Shown: positions 21,324 to 30,424 of the stretch, one piece after another
Layout: the number at the start of each line of letters is the position of its first letter
Position numbering within the stretch: position 1 is the stretch's first letter
Source: Squalus acanthias
Lineage: Eukaryota
Assembly (NCBI GenBank): GCA_030390025.1
Contig: CM059433.1
Coordinates: 25,298,001-25,362,000, forward strand
Direction: 5' to 3'
Length of the DNA: 64,000 nucleotides
The notes under the pieces: model-generated
Seen by the model: only the letters and a program-made list of their open reading frames with translations
Told to the model about the DNA's origin: nothing
The model's database searches: none
Position numbers and translations under genes: made by a program

Positions 21324-22184
21324 TTAAATTCTGAAAAGGCTTCCGCGAGCTCTTCCCGACGGTGGGAGGGCATTGACCCCTCCCTTTGATCTGCCGCAGC
21401 CTGTTGCTGCTGCGCTGGGACTGGGCTCTTCCTGGGCTGCCTTAACCTTGAGTCTACGCCTTGGGACAGTCTGGGGACTTGACCATATCTTCCTGGGTTG
21501 GGGTATCCGACCTGACCTACGGAGAGTTACCGGGGGCAGGAATCCCAGGACCGACGGACCGGGTTCCGAGACTTCCACCGTGGCGACCTGTGGTCCCGCC
21601 ACAGTCGCTGGCTCCGCCTCCCCTGGCTCCGCCTCCCTGAACTCGGGACCTGCAGCTTGTGGCACCGCCCTACTCGGCCCAGCAGGCGGCCCTTCACTCG
21701 CAGTCCCTACCTCCCCCGAGGGCAGGACGTTCAAGGCGGGCGGCCCGGGCTCTGAGGCTTCCATCGCCACGCCCTGTGGTCCCACCACAGCGGCTGGCTC
21801 CGCCTCCCCTGGCTCCTCCCCCCTGCGTTCGGGACCTGCAGCTTCGGCCTCCACCCTGTGTGGATCTCTATCTGCAGCCCCTGTCCCCCCTATACCTGAA
21901 TCGGGGGCGACCCTTTCGTCCTCCGATTCCAGCTCTTCCTCGTCACTACCTTCACTATCCTCATCTTCGTCGAGCTCCTCGAACTCTCCCTCATCTGACT
22001 CCCAACCCCACAAAAATGTCTCACAATTTTCCAGGATGTCCCCTTCCCTGATGCAAGCTGCTTTGCCTGCCTGTGTGCCCTGTGGCCCTACCTGGGGCTG
22101 CGAGTCCCCACTCGCAGGTTTTGCCCCTGTGGTTGGCCCTTGTGCACCTGCTTGTACAGTTTGCACTGGTTTACGTGGAACCAC
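21324..22184 (-). CDS. Putative accessory protein between pol and env (acidic tract, internal duplication, basic C-terminus)
   Basis: 286-codon open frame overlapping the pol 3' end. No N-terminal ATG (first codon is GTG). Confidence 0.55.
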   Translation of the reverse strand: MVPRKPVQTVQAGAQGPTTGAKPASGDSQPQVGPQGTQAGKAACIREGDILENCETFLWGWESDEGEFEELDEDEDSEGSDEEELESEDERVAPDSGIGGTGAADRDPHRVEAEAAGPERRGEEPGEAEPAAVVGPQGVAMEASEPGPPALNVLPSGEVGTASEGPPAGPSRAVPQAAGPEFREAEPGEAEPATVAGPQVATVEVSEPGPSVLGFLPPVTLRRSGRIPQPRKIWSSPQTVPRRRLKVKAAQEEPSPSAAATGCGRSKGGVNALPPSGRARGSLFRI

Positions 22185-25100
22185 TTAGTGCGCCGAGGTA
22201 CCTTTACGGCGTATACCATGGGACTCGCCTTATCTACAATGTTGTAGGGTCCCATATACAGTGGTTCCAGACTCCCTACTCTGGCGTAGTTTCTGACCAT
22301 GACCTGGTCTCCTACTTCCCACTCCCGCGTTTTGCGGGGTTCCAGCAACAGGCGATTGCCCTGATGCTGCCTTCCCATGTTCCCAGCCGCCTGCTCATAA
22401 ACCTGCTTCAGGCGCTCCAAGAGGGTCTGGGCGAACTTGTCCCTGCTTATCTCTTGGAGCTGACCCTCAGTGAGCACCGGCGCTAGCACATGGGTGGGGG
22501 TTCGCATGATCCTCCCAGTCATCACCTCGTGCGGGGAATACCCCGTACTTTTTGACTGACTGGCCCAGACCCCCATGAGGACTAGAGGCAGAACCTCCGC
22601 CCATTTTTGGGGCGAGTTCATAGTCTCTTTCCTCAATTTTTCCTTCAGGGTCCGGTTCATGCGTTCAACAATCCCGGATGACTGGGGATTGTGTGCTACG
22701 TGCCATTTCCCTTCAATGCCCAAAAGCATGAGGGTGTTCTGCATCACCTGACCGGTGAAATGACTCCCTTGGTCTGACTCCACAAAACGGGGAAGTCCCC
22801 ACCGCGAGAACACTTCCCGGACCAAGATTTTTGCAGTACCCAGTGCCGTGGCTGTTCGACAGGGGAAGGCTTCCACCCATTTGGAAAACACATCCACCAA
22901 GACGAGGCAGTATTCATAGCCTCCCTGGGTGGTGGGCAGGGGCCCTATATAGTCGATCTGTATCGACTGCCATGGTCCCTCTACCCTTCTTACGTGCCCC
23001 ATGGGCACTTTCCTTTTCTGGGGGTCTGGGTTGTTTGCAGCGCACACGAGACAGCTTGCACAGAACTCGCGGACCTTTTCCCTGAGCCCCAGCCACCATC
23101 CCGCTTGCTCTACCCGTTGCCAGGTAACCTCGGGCCCGGGGTGCCCTGCCCCTGGTCCCTCGTGAGCCAACTGGAGGAATTCCCTCCTGTGCTGCTGCGG
23201 CACAACCCACTGCTCTTCGCGGAACAGCATGCCTTCCTTAACTGAGAGGGTTGCCGTACTGTACGGACCCTCTACCTGCTTCCCCTCAGCAAGGGTTTTG
23301 AGGACTGCTTTTAGGGCGGGATCCTGGTTCTGGACGGTCTTAAGGTCTAGGGGCAGTGCTACCCTGGTGTTCCCGGGATTCCCGTCCCTGCCTTGGATCG
23401 CTGCCATGGGTCTGGGCCCATAGGGGTCCCAGAAAATGCCTTTGCGGGCACCCTCCCTGGCTAGCGCATCCGCCTGCTGGTTGCCCTCCCCACGGGGCTC
23501 TGTGGAGGAGTGAGCCTTCACCTTATGGATGAAAATCTCCCCTTCCTCCCCTACTGCTGCTAGGATCTTTTCCAGCAAGGGCTTCACCGTTAAAGGTCGC
23601 CCGTCCGCGGAGGTGTATCCACGGCGGGACCAAATGGCCAGGTATTCCGTACACGAATTACATGTGAACATACTGTCCGAGCAAATCGTGTATGGGGTTG
23701 GGAAAATTTCTGGGTGGGTAACGACGTACACCACTGCAGACAGCTCAGCCTGCTGCGCGCTCATGGTGCTAGGGAGCTTGATCGCCAGGGCAAGGTTTGC
23801 CGCAGGGTCATAAACTCCACACCCTGTGAGTTGTTCGCCAGCAGATACCGTGCTGGAACCATCAACATAAATCTCACGCCCAGTGGGATGTATCCCGGCC
23901 CGCAAGCCTATGTTGACTTCCCACACCCCTTCCACTGAACACTGGTGGGCTGTACCGGGGTATACCAAATTGGCCGCAAGCCTGGGCTCGCAAAGACCTT
24001 TAACTCTAAGATCCATCTGGGAAAGAAGAAGGGTCCAGCGCGCAATACGCGCGCTGCTTACGGTCCCATCTTTAATCCTCCCATCTAGAAGCATCTTAGT
24101 TGGTGTGTGATGGGTGAGGAGAGTGATGGGAGAGAGCCCTGTGAAGATCGCTGATCTTTTCACAGCCCAATGCGTGGCTAAAAGGTGTCTTTCGCAATTG
24201 GAGAAACTTCTCTCCACATCCGTTAACACCCTGGACGAATATACAACCGGCCTCAGCTTGCCGTGGCGCTCTTGGAGCAGCACAGCGCTCAAGCTGTCCC
24301 CGCTGGCAGCTACCTCCAGGAAAAACTCCTTCCCCCCATCTATGGCCCCTAAAGCTGGCGCGGTCTGCAGATCCCTTTTTAACTTCTCGAAGGTTGCTTG
24401 GCAGCCCTCGTCCCAAGACCACTCCACTCCCTTATGGAGGAGTCGGAGCAGCGGCGCCGCTGTGGCCGCATAGTCTTCGATAAAATCCCTGCAGTAACCG
24501 GTCAGTCCCAAAAAAGACCTCACACCCCTTATGGTGTTGGGAATCGGTAACTCTTGCACCGACTCCCTCCTAGCCTTATCTATGGCTCTTTCCCCAGCGC
24601 GAATGGTCAGCCCCAGGAATTTTACTTCCTGCTGACCGATACGTGCTTTCTTAGGGTTTACTTTAAAACCCTTTCTCGCTAGCAGCTCCAATAACTCGGC
24701 CAGCAGTGGTCCATGCTCCTCCCTTGAATCCGTAAATAGGAGCAAATCATCCACGTACTGCACTATCTGATTGGGCTGACTTAACTCCTTTAAACTTCCT
24801 GCCATACACTGATGGAAAATACTGGGGCTGTTGTGGAAACCCTGTGGCAGACAGTTCCATGTGTACTGTTGTCCTTTGAAAGTAAAGGCAAACTTGTACT
24901 GGTCCTCTCGCCGCAGCGGGATGGACCAAAAACCGTTCGAGATATCCAGCACCGTGAACGTGGTCGCGGACGCTGGGATACTCCCTATTAGGTCAGCAAC
25001 TGCTGCTACCGTGGGCGCGCAGGCGGGAATGTTACTGTTAAGGACTCTGTAGTCCACCGTGGCCCTCCACGAATTATCCGGCTTCCTAACCGGCCATAAT

Positions 25101-25822
25101 GGGGAGTTCACGTGTGTGGCTATCGGCCTCAACACGCCCTGCTGCACCAAGGAGGACATTGCTGTCTCCATATCGGGTTCTGCTTCTTTGGGGAAGTTAT
25201 ACTGCTTTTGGGGCCGGGTCATGGGGTCCCCATCTACGCTGACCTCAAACCCGGTAACCCTCCCACAATCGTGCTTGTGGGTTGCAAACGCGTGCATATT
25301 ATCTGACACGTACGTTTGCATGTCCGTTGGGACATCCGCGACCATAAGCCCGAGGTCGTAGCCTCCGGATGGCTTCATGGTACACAGGACCCCTGTTTCT
25401 TCCTCCCCCGGAATTACCACTACCTCGCCGTCTCCACCCTTAGCCCCCCAGAGACAGTGATTCCTGAGGTCCACGAGGATCCCGTGCCCTGATAGGAGAT
25501 CGGACCCGAGGATACCTCTCCCACCCCCCTCATGCCATTTCATCAGTATGCACTTCCATGTGGTGTGGAGTGCTCCTAAACGAATGGATAGCGGAAGGGA
25601 GAACGTGCCAGCCTGTTCTTTTCCCGTGAACCCCGCTAATGTGAATGGGACCTTGATAGATAGCGGTGAGTCAAAAGGACTATCTGTATGAATCACGGTG
25701 CAAGAAGCTCCCGTGTCCAACAAATAACTACCCCTCTGTTGCTCTACCTCCATCTCCACCAGGGGTCGCTTCCACGCATCATAGCTGAGCGGACACAGGT
25801 AGACGGGCTGCGCGGACTCTAG
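22088..25822 (-). CDS. pol: Pol polyprotein PR-RT-tether RNase H-RNase H-IN, in frame with gag
   Basis: DTG 25709-25717; YVDD 24746-24757; degenerate RNH FFLEVAAS...CERHLLA; second RNH YVDGSS...AEL...SDS...GNQQADALA; IN HHCC and D-D-E motifs. Open from the codon after the gag stop. Confidence 0.96.
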   Translation of the reverse strand, partial: LESAQPVYLCPLSYDAWKRPLVEMEVEQQRGSYLLDTGASCTVIHTDSPFDSPLSIKVPFTLAGFTGKEQAGTFSLPLSIRLGALHTTWKCILMKWHEGGGRGILGSDLLSGHGILVDLRNHCLWGAKGGDGEVVVIPGEEETGVLCTMKPSGGYDLGLMVADVPTDMQTYVSDNMHAFATHKHDCGRVTGFEVSVDGDPMTRPQKQYNFPKEAEPDMETAMSSLVQQGVLRPIATHVNSPLWPVRKPDNSWRATVDYRVLNSNIPACAPTVAAVADLIGSIPASATTFTVLDISNGFWSIPLRREDQYKFAFTFKGQQYTWNCLPQGFHNSPSIFHQCMAGSLKELSQPNQIVQYVDDLLLFTDSREEHGPLLAELLELLARKGFKVNPKKARIGQQEVKFLGLTIRAGERAIDKARRESVQELPIPNTIRGVRSFLGLTGYCRDFIEDYAATAAPLLRLLHKGVEWSWDEGCQATFEKLKRDLQTAPALGAIDGGKEFFLEVAASGDSLSAVLLQERHGKLRPVVYSSRVLTDVERSFSNCERHLLATHWAVKRSAIFTGLSPITLLTHHTPTKMLLDGRIKDGTVSSARIARWTLLLSQMDLRVKGLCEPRLAANLVYPGTAHQCSVEGVWEVNIGLRAGIHPTGREIYVDGSSTVSAGEQLTGCGVYDPAANLALAIKLPSTMSAQQAELSAVVYVVTHPEIFPTPYTICSDSMFTCNSCTEYLAIWSRRGYTSADGRPLTVKPLLEKILAAVGEEGEIFIHKVKAHSSTEPRGEGNQQADALAREGARKGIFWDPYGPRPMAAIQGRDGNPGNTRVALPLDLKTVQNQDPALKAVLKTLAEGKQVEGPYSTATLSVKEGMLFREEQWVVPQQHRREFLQLAHEGPGAGHPGPEVTWQRVEQAGWWLGLREKVREFCASCLVCAANNPDPQKRKVPMGHVRRVEGPWQSIQIDYIGPLPTTQGGYEYCLVLVDVFSKWVEAFPCRTATALGTAKILVREVFSRWGLPRFVESDQGSHFTGQVMQNTLMLLGIEGKWHVAHNPQSSGIVERMNRTLKEKLRKETMNSPQKWAEVLPLVLMGVWASQSKSTGYSPHEVMTGRIMRTPTHVLAPVLTEGQLQEISRDKFAQTLLERLKQVYEQAAGNMGRQHQGNRLLLEPRKTREWEVGDQVMVRNYARVGSLEPLYMGPYNIVDKASPMVYAVKVPRRTKWFHVNQCKLYKQVHKGQPQGQNLRVGTRSPR

Positions 25823-27628
25823 TCATTGGGTACTATTGGACGGGGCTGTGGCACCTGCGGGGCCGGTAGCAACCGCCACTTTTCCATGCGCACTCATGAG
25901 GTTACGCATGGCTCCCAACACTGTTTCGATCGCGTCGGGATGGATGGGTGTACTAGCTTCCCTATCAGAGACAGGCGCCTGGGCTCGGGCTGCAGGATTT
26001 TTATCCCTGGAATCCTTCCAAGGGTTCCTGCAGTTCTTGCGCCAGTGCCCTGTCTTCCCACACCTGTAACAAGCATTACTGGCCTGCGGGGCGCGGTTAC
26101 CCTCCTGATGCCACTCCTTTTGAGCCGGGGCTGCGGGTCGTGCCTCATGCACCTTTCCCTTAAGGGGACGTGCTCCCATACTTCTGGTATTACGGTACCC
26201 CACCGTGAGTCGATTTAGGACCGACTCCTCTGTAGTGGCGGGGTCAGTGGGATCAAACCACGCTTTTGCCTGCTCCCTGACGGCTGGCAAACTGTTGGTT
26301 ACTATACACCTGAGCCAATGAGTTAAACCGGTGTCTGTCACATCGGCGCGCTCTGGCGCACCTGGGCAGCTACGCTGGTATACTGGCCACAGCCTGTCGG
26401 CGAAAACCTTCGGGGGTTCTCCCTCCATCTGCACTGTCTGTCCCAGTCTAACAAACGGACCTTCATCGTTAGCTCCCAATACTTCTAGGACCTCATTTCT
26501 TAGTGCCCCATAGGTCTTGGTTCCCCTCTTGCTCTCGTCTGAGAGACACTGAAGGATCGAACTACCTAATGAGAATAACAGCATCTTTGCTGTTTCCCCA
26601 TCGTCGCAGCCGTTAATGGCTGCGGTTTGCTCTATTTCCCTAAAATGTACGGAAGGGTTGTCTGACTCGGCCAGCTTTGGTACGTGACTGATCATAATCC
26701 TCAGCTGGTGTGAGCTGTGAGGCAAAACAAGCTGGTTGAGGAGATACCCTTGTTCCCCACTTGCTCCGTTTGGGCCCCTTTTTATACCCGTGACCGGACA
26801 CAACGGTCCCGGTTCCACTTCTACCTCGGTGGGCTCTTTCGTTACTTCTACCACTTCCTTCCTTACCCAGGTTTCCGAATAGCTGAGTGGCGCGGAGGGC
26901 ATAGTGGCTAATACTTCCTCTGCTTTGTTCGGTGGGAATTTCTGAAATTCCTCATCCACTAGCGGCTGGTGTGCTGACGGACTGATAAGGCACACCATGC
27001 CGTGTGCTTTGTTCACGGCCCTTTTAAGGTGCTCTATCTCCTTTTGGCAGACGCTATGATCGGCCCCCTGAAATTTATCCTCGAGGGCCATCTTATATGC
27101 CGCCCTAACCCCCGTTAAGCTCTCTTCCTGGGCTTTTATTTGGGCAGCTTGGCGGGCACATCGTTCCTTTAGTCTGCCCTCACTTAACTTTGCCTCAGTG
27201 ACCTGGCACTCGAGGTAATCTATTTTTGCTTTATGGTGGCTGGTGACTACCTGGCGTTCTTGATGCAACGCATTTAAATTCGTAATGAGCAACTGCCCCC
27301 CAGTGACCTTCTCGTCCATTTCCACCTCTAAACGCCTGATCCGAGCTGCTTGCGCTGTAATGACCTGGTCCGAAATTTGGACTTGTCTTTTATAGCACAT
27401 CAGCCAGACCGCTTTCTCCACTGTCTTTTTGTGTTCCTTGCTATCTGTCCACCTCTCGGCTGCCTCTAGTGGACACTTATCCACTAGCAGGTCACTTATC
27501 CATTTCTTAGTTAAATTTACTTTTCCGAACACATAATCTGCTATTCTCTCTTCCATGACATTTCGCCCAATCATACCAAAGTCTAACACATTACCCTCTC
27601 GCTGCCAGTGTCCTGCCGCGGTCGCCAT
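25823..27628 (-). CDS. gag: Gag polyprotein (coiled coil, PSAP, capsid-like region, CCHC knuckle)
   Basis: 601-aa ORF with CYRCGKTGHWRKNC. PSAP at 26888-26899. Lies between the PBS and pol. Confidence 0.93.
   Translation of the reverse strand: MATAAGHWQREGNVLDFGMIGRNVMEERIADYVFGKVNLTKKWISDLLVDKCPLEAAERWTDSKEHKKTVEKAVWLMCYKRQVQISDQVITAQAARIRRLEVEMDEKVTGGQLLITNLNALHQERQVVTSHHKAKIDYLECQVTEAKLSEGRLKERCARQAAQIKAQEESLTGVRAAYKMALEDKFQGADHSVCQKEIEHLKRAVNKAHGMVCLISPSAHQPLVDEEFQKFPPNKAEEVLATMPSAPLSYSETWVRKEVVEVTKEPTEVEVEPGPLCPVTGIKRGPNGASGEQGYLLNQLVLPHSSHQLRIMISHVPKLAESDNPSVHFREIEQTAAINGCDDGETAKMLLFSLGSSILQCLSDESKRGTKTYGALRNEVLEVLGANDEGPFVRLGQTVQMEGEPPKVFADRLWPVYQRSCPGAPERADVTDTGLTHWLRCIVTNSLPAVREQAKAWFDPTDPATTEESVLNRLTVGYRNTRSMGARPLKGKVHEARPAAPAQKEWHQEGNRAPQASNACYRCGKTGHWRKNCRNPWKDSRDKNPAARAQAPVSDREASTPIHPDAIETVLGAMRNLMSAHGKVAVATGPAGATAPSNSTQ
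27610..27627 (-). promoter_or_regulatory. Primer binding site (tRNA-Ser-like, imperfect)
   Basis: Minus strand TGGCGACCGCGGCAGGAC, 5 nt after the 5' LTR. Nearly the same as the PBS at 3813. Confidence 0.75.
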
Positions 27629-27632
27629 TTTC

Positions 27633-29347
27633 TGTAAGGGTTTCTGACCCGTGTGGCTCTGTGCTCAGCCTGGGTGCTAGTGCGAGGTTAGGCCTTGTTG
27701 CCTGTTCTGGTCTGCAGCCAGTCTGGGAGCACTAGACACCTGTGAGTGGTTCGACCCACTCGCCCTTACGGTTCTGACACTGGACTTAGATGCGAGAGCA
27801 GTAATGGAGAGAAAACTCAGGTAGACCCGGTTGAATGGTACGAAATGGAAAATCTTTATTGCATATTATTCAAGATTACGGAATACATGTCATAAGCACA
27901 GATTAATGACAGTACAATCTTACACGCAGTTATGTAACTAATTTCAGGGAAACGAGGAACGAACGACACATCGTAAATGGGGGCACACATTACAGTTATC
28001 CTTAAAACTTAAACCCTCCCCTATCAATACCTGCTCTAAACTAGATTTGTAGGATCGAGACTCATGCTCACCACTCGTGATAACTCGGAGAATTCCGAAA
28101 ACTCTGATCGGATGTTTTTCACCGCAGCACCTGATCACCCACGTGTTGATCAGGGGTCTCTGTACCCCACTTGTTTCCTCGTTTCTGCTCCGGCTAGCAG
28201 GCTGGACCGTCTGCTGTCATGAAGATCTGTGTTGTCCTCGGAGTTCCGACACGACTCGAAAAATAGTCTTCCTGTGCCCTCGCACCGATTCGATAAAACT
28301 CAAAGAATAGTCTTCCGATGCCAGTTCTGTAGAACTCAAAGATGGTCTTCCTGGGCAAGGAAAGTGTCTATTCGACCTACAGGCGCGGTCGGGGCTTACT
28401 GACCGTGGCGATACGTATGGTCGTCTTCTTCTCTTCTCATCTCATCTCATCTCATCTCATCTCGGGCCTTCGGTTCCAACACCGTTTACCGACTTCTCGG
28501 GATGGTGTGCCCGTTTCAAGGCTTCACAGCCCAGTTCCACACAGATCTTCGCGGCAAGCCACGAGGCAGATCCTGGCGGATCGGAAAGTTCAACAGTCTT
28601 TAAAAGCTGCAAGAGGCAGAGACACGAGGCAAGCGGCAAGGAGTCAAAAGGATAAGAGTCAAGAGGCAGGAACAAGACGGCGAGCGAACAAGAGTCAAGA
28701 GTCAAGAGTCAAGAGAAAGATGGACGGTTGTAGCTTACAGTTATAGTGCAAAAACTCTTCTTTTCCCGCCCAACCTTAATGTCTTTTCTTTTGTTAGGGT
28801 TTTGGCGCTCAAATTTCTTGTATAGGGTGATCTCCGTTTTAATGGGTTTCGGGGATACTCGTAACTGTCTGAGTACCTGTTAATACTTTTCCCAATGTGT
28901 AACCGGTCGGTATTCTCCCTGGAGGGGTTTTGGGGCTTCCAAATGTTTTCTGTAACTACCCGCTAACGGCTCTCTCATCGTAGAGTCGTGGGGATTTTGC
29001 ATATTAATGTCTTTGGATGGGTTCTTGATCACTTGGCACAATAGCCCTTATTCGCACCTGGGAGACCGATTTCAGTATTTATGTGTATACTGCAAACCCA
29101 TGATGTCTCGTGTATTATCTCAAATGTGCTGAGTCTTGATCGATCTTGCACAAATGTTTATTGGAACGCCATCTTGTCTGCTTATCGAAAAGTCTAGAAT
29201 GTTCTGCCACGAGGCGTGGCGGCCATTTTACAGGCTGCTTGTGTCCACTTTGAAAACCTGACAGCATTCTGCTGAAATAAAGCTGTTTGAACGAAACTAT
29301 GTGTTTTCTCCTTATTTATAAAATCGCGATATATTGCGAATTCTACA
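27633..29347 (-). repeat. 5' LTR (1715 bp)
   Basis: Copy of 16488-18205, followed by the PBS on the minus strand. Confidence 0.97.
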
Positions 29348-29548
29348 GATATCGCGGGGAAGCCTTACCCCCGCGTGAACACTCACTGTTTAATTTCTGG
29401 GCCATTATTTACATCTTTTCTTTTAACAAATATCACTAACAGTAATTAGTGTATTTAAGCAGAAACTGTTGGTAAAAACTTTTGAAATTCAGAACTTTTA
29501 TTCAGAATTCCTTCCAACCTTGAATAATGATGCCGCCCTTCCAGACAT

Positions 29549-30239
29549 TGTAAGACGTTTAAATTCACCCTTGTCCTTGAACCAGTCCAACAGTTTCCAA
29601 AGTTCAGACCCGTGGAACAGACAGCACAAAACATAAGGATTCGAGAATAACCTTCTTTTTACTTAAATTCAGCAAGAGGTTACAAGTAAGCTCACACAAA
29701 ACTGTTGCATATAATACTCCTGATTATATCTACGCATACACAGGTTTATTCCCTTACTTTAAGATCAAGCGATAATAAGCCAACACTTCATACGTACTAA
29801 CACCAGCGAGTGGTCAGTTCGGCGATGGCTAGATGTACGGCTTTAGCTGGCAACTGACCAGGTCGCCTCCCCCGACTGCAGCAGCCCCGAGTGTCTTAAA
29901 ACAGCATCTCTTATACCCTAAAAACCTGGGCAGGTTCCTCAATGCGTCTGTGTCCCAAACTGTGTGACAAATGGTCGGCAGTTGTTTTCCTCTTCTTATC
30001 AGTGGGTCCCAAGGCCCTTCACACCACTTGCCTGAAGATGTTCCTGTCTTTGTAACGCCCGACCGTTTGTTCCTGCTCAGGGTCTGACGCTTCCTTATCT
30101 GATTAACAGCTTTCGTACAAAGTTCCCACAGGAACCAATCGCTCAGCCTCCCGAAGCATGCTGGGATATTAAATTCGGTCAACTTTTTAAGTTTGGTCAA
30201 GTTATAGCAAATTCTTACAGCAAGTGGCTTATTCTTACA
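29549..30239 (-). mobile_element. Probable solo LTR of a fourth family
   Basis: Inverted termini TGTAAGA...TCTTACA and flanks ACAT/GCAT (4-bp TSD, one change). Minus-strand TATAA (~29913) lies upstream of AATAAA (~29747). Confidence 0.7.
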
Positions 30240-30424
30240 GCATTAGAATTGTAAAATCATAGACCGTCACAGCACAGAAACAATCCACTGATCCCATTAA
30301 GTCTGTGTTTTAAAAAAGAGAAAGACTTGCATTAATATAGTGCCTATTACGACCTCAGGATGTCCCAAAGCGCCTTGCAGCCAATGAAATACAGCCAGTG
30401 AAGTTATTCTCTACATGAGTCATA

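Larger units (their letters stand above)
16488..29347 (-). mobile_element. Full-length, apparently intact endogenous lokiretrovirus-like provirus
   Basis: Two ~1.7-kb near-identical LTRs, PBS, PPT, and open gag, pol, accessory and env ORFs. Imperfect TSD (GATC/GATA, or GAGATC/GATATC). Confidence 0.93.
15782..29403. mobile_element. Harbinger-type MITE split by the provirus (15782-16487 plus 29348-29403)
   Basis: Termini GGCCCGAAAATTA ... TAATTTCTGGGCC. Internal similarity to the uninterrupted MITE at ~37435-38062. Confidence 0.65.

Noticed and set aside
21373..22188. 271-aa antisense ORF opposite the accessory ORF (HBZ-like idea)
   Set aside because: Starts at TTG, is low-complexity S/P/A/G, and is best explained as the shadow of a GC-rich sense ORF.
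28342..28746. 134-aa ORF antisense within the 5' LTR
   Set aside because: Runs through microsatellites and is frameshifted in the other LTR by one CTCAT unit; no recognisable domain.
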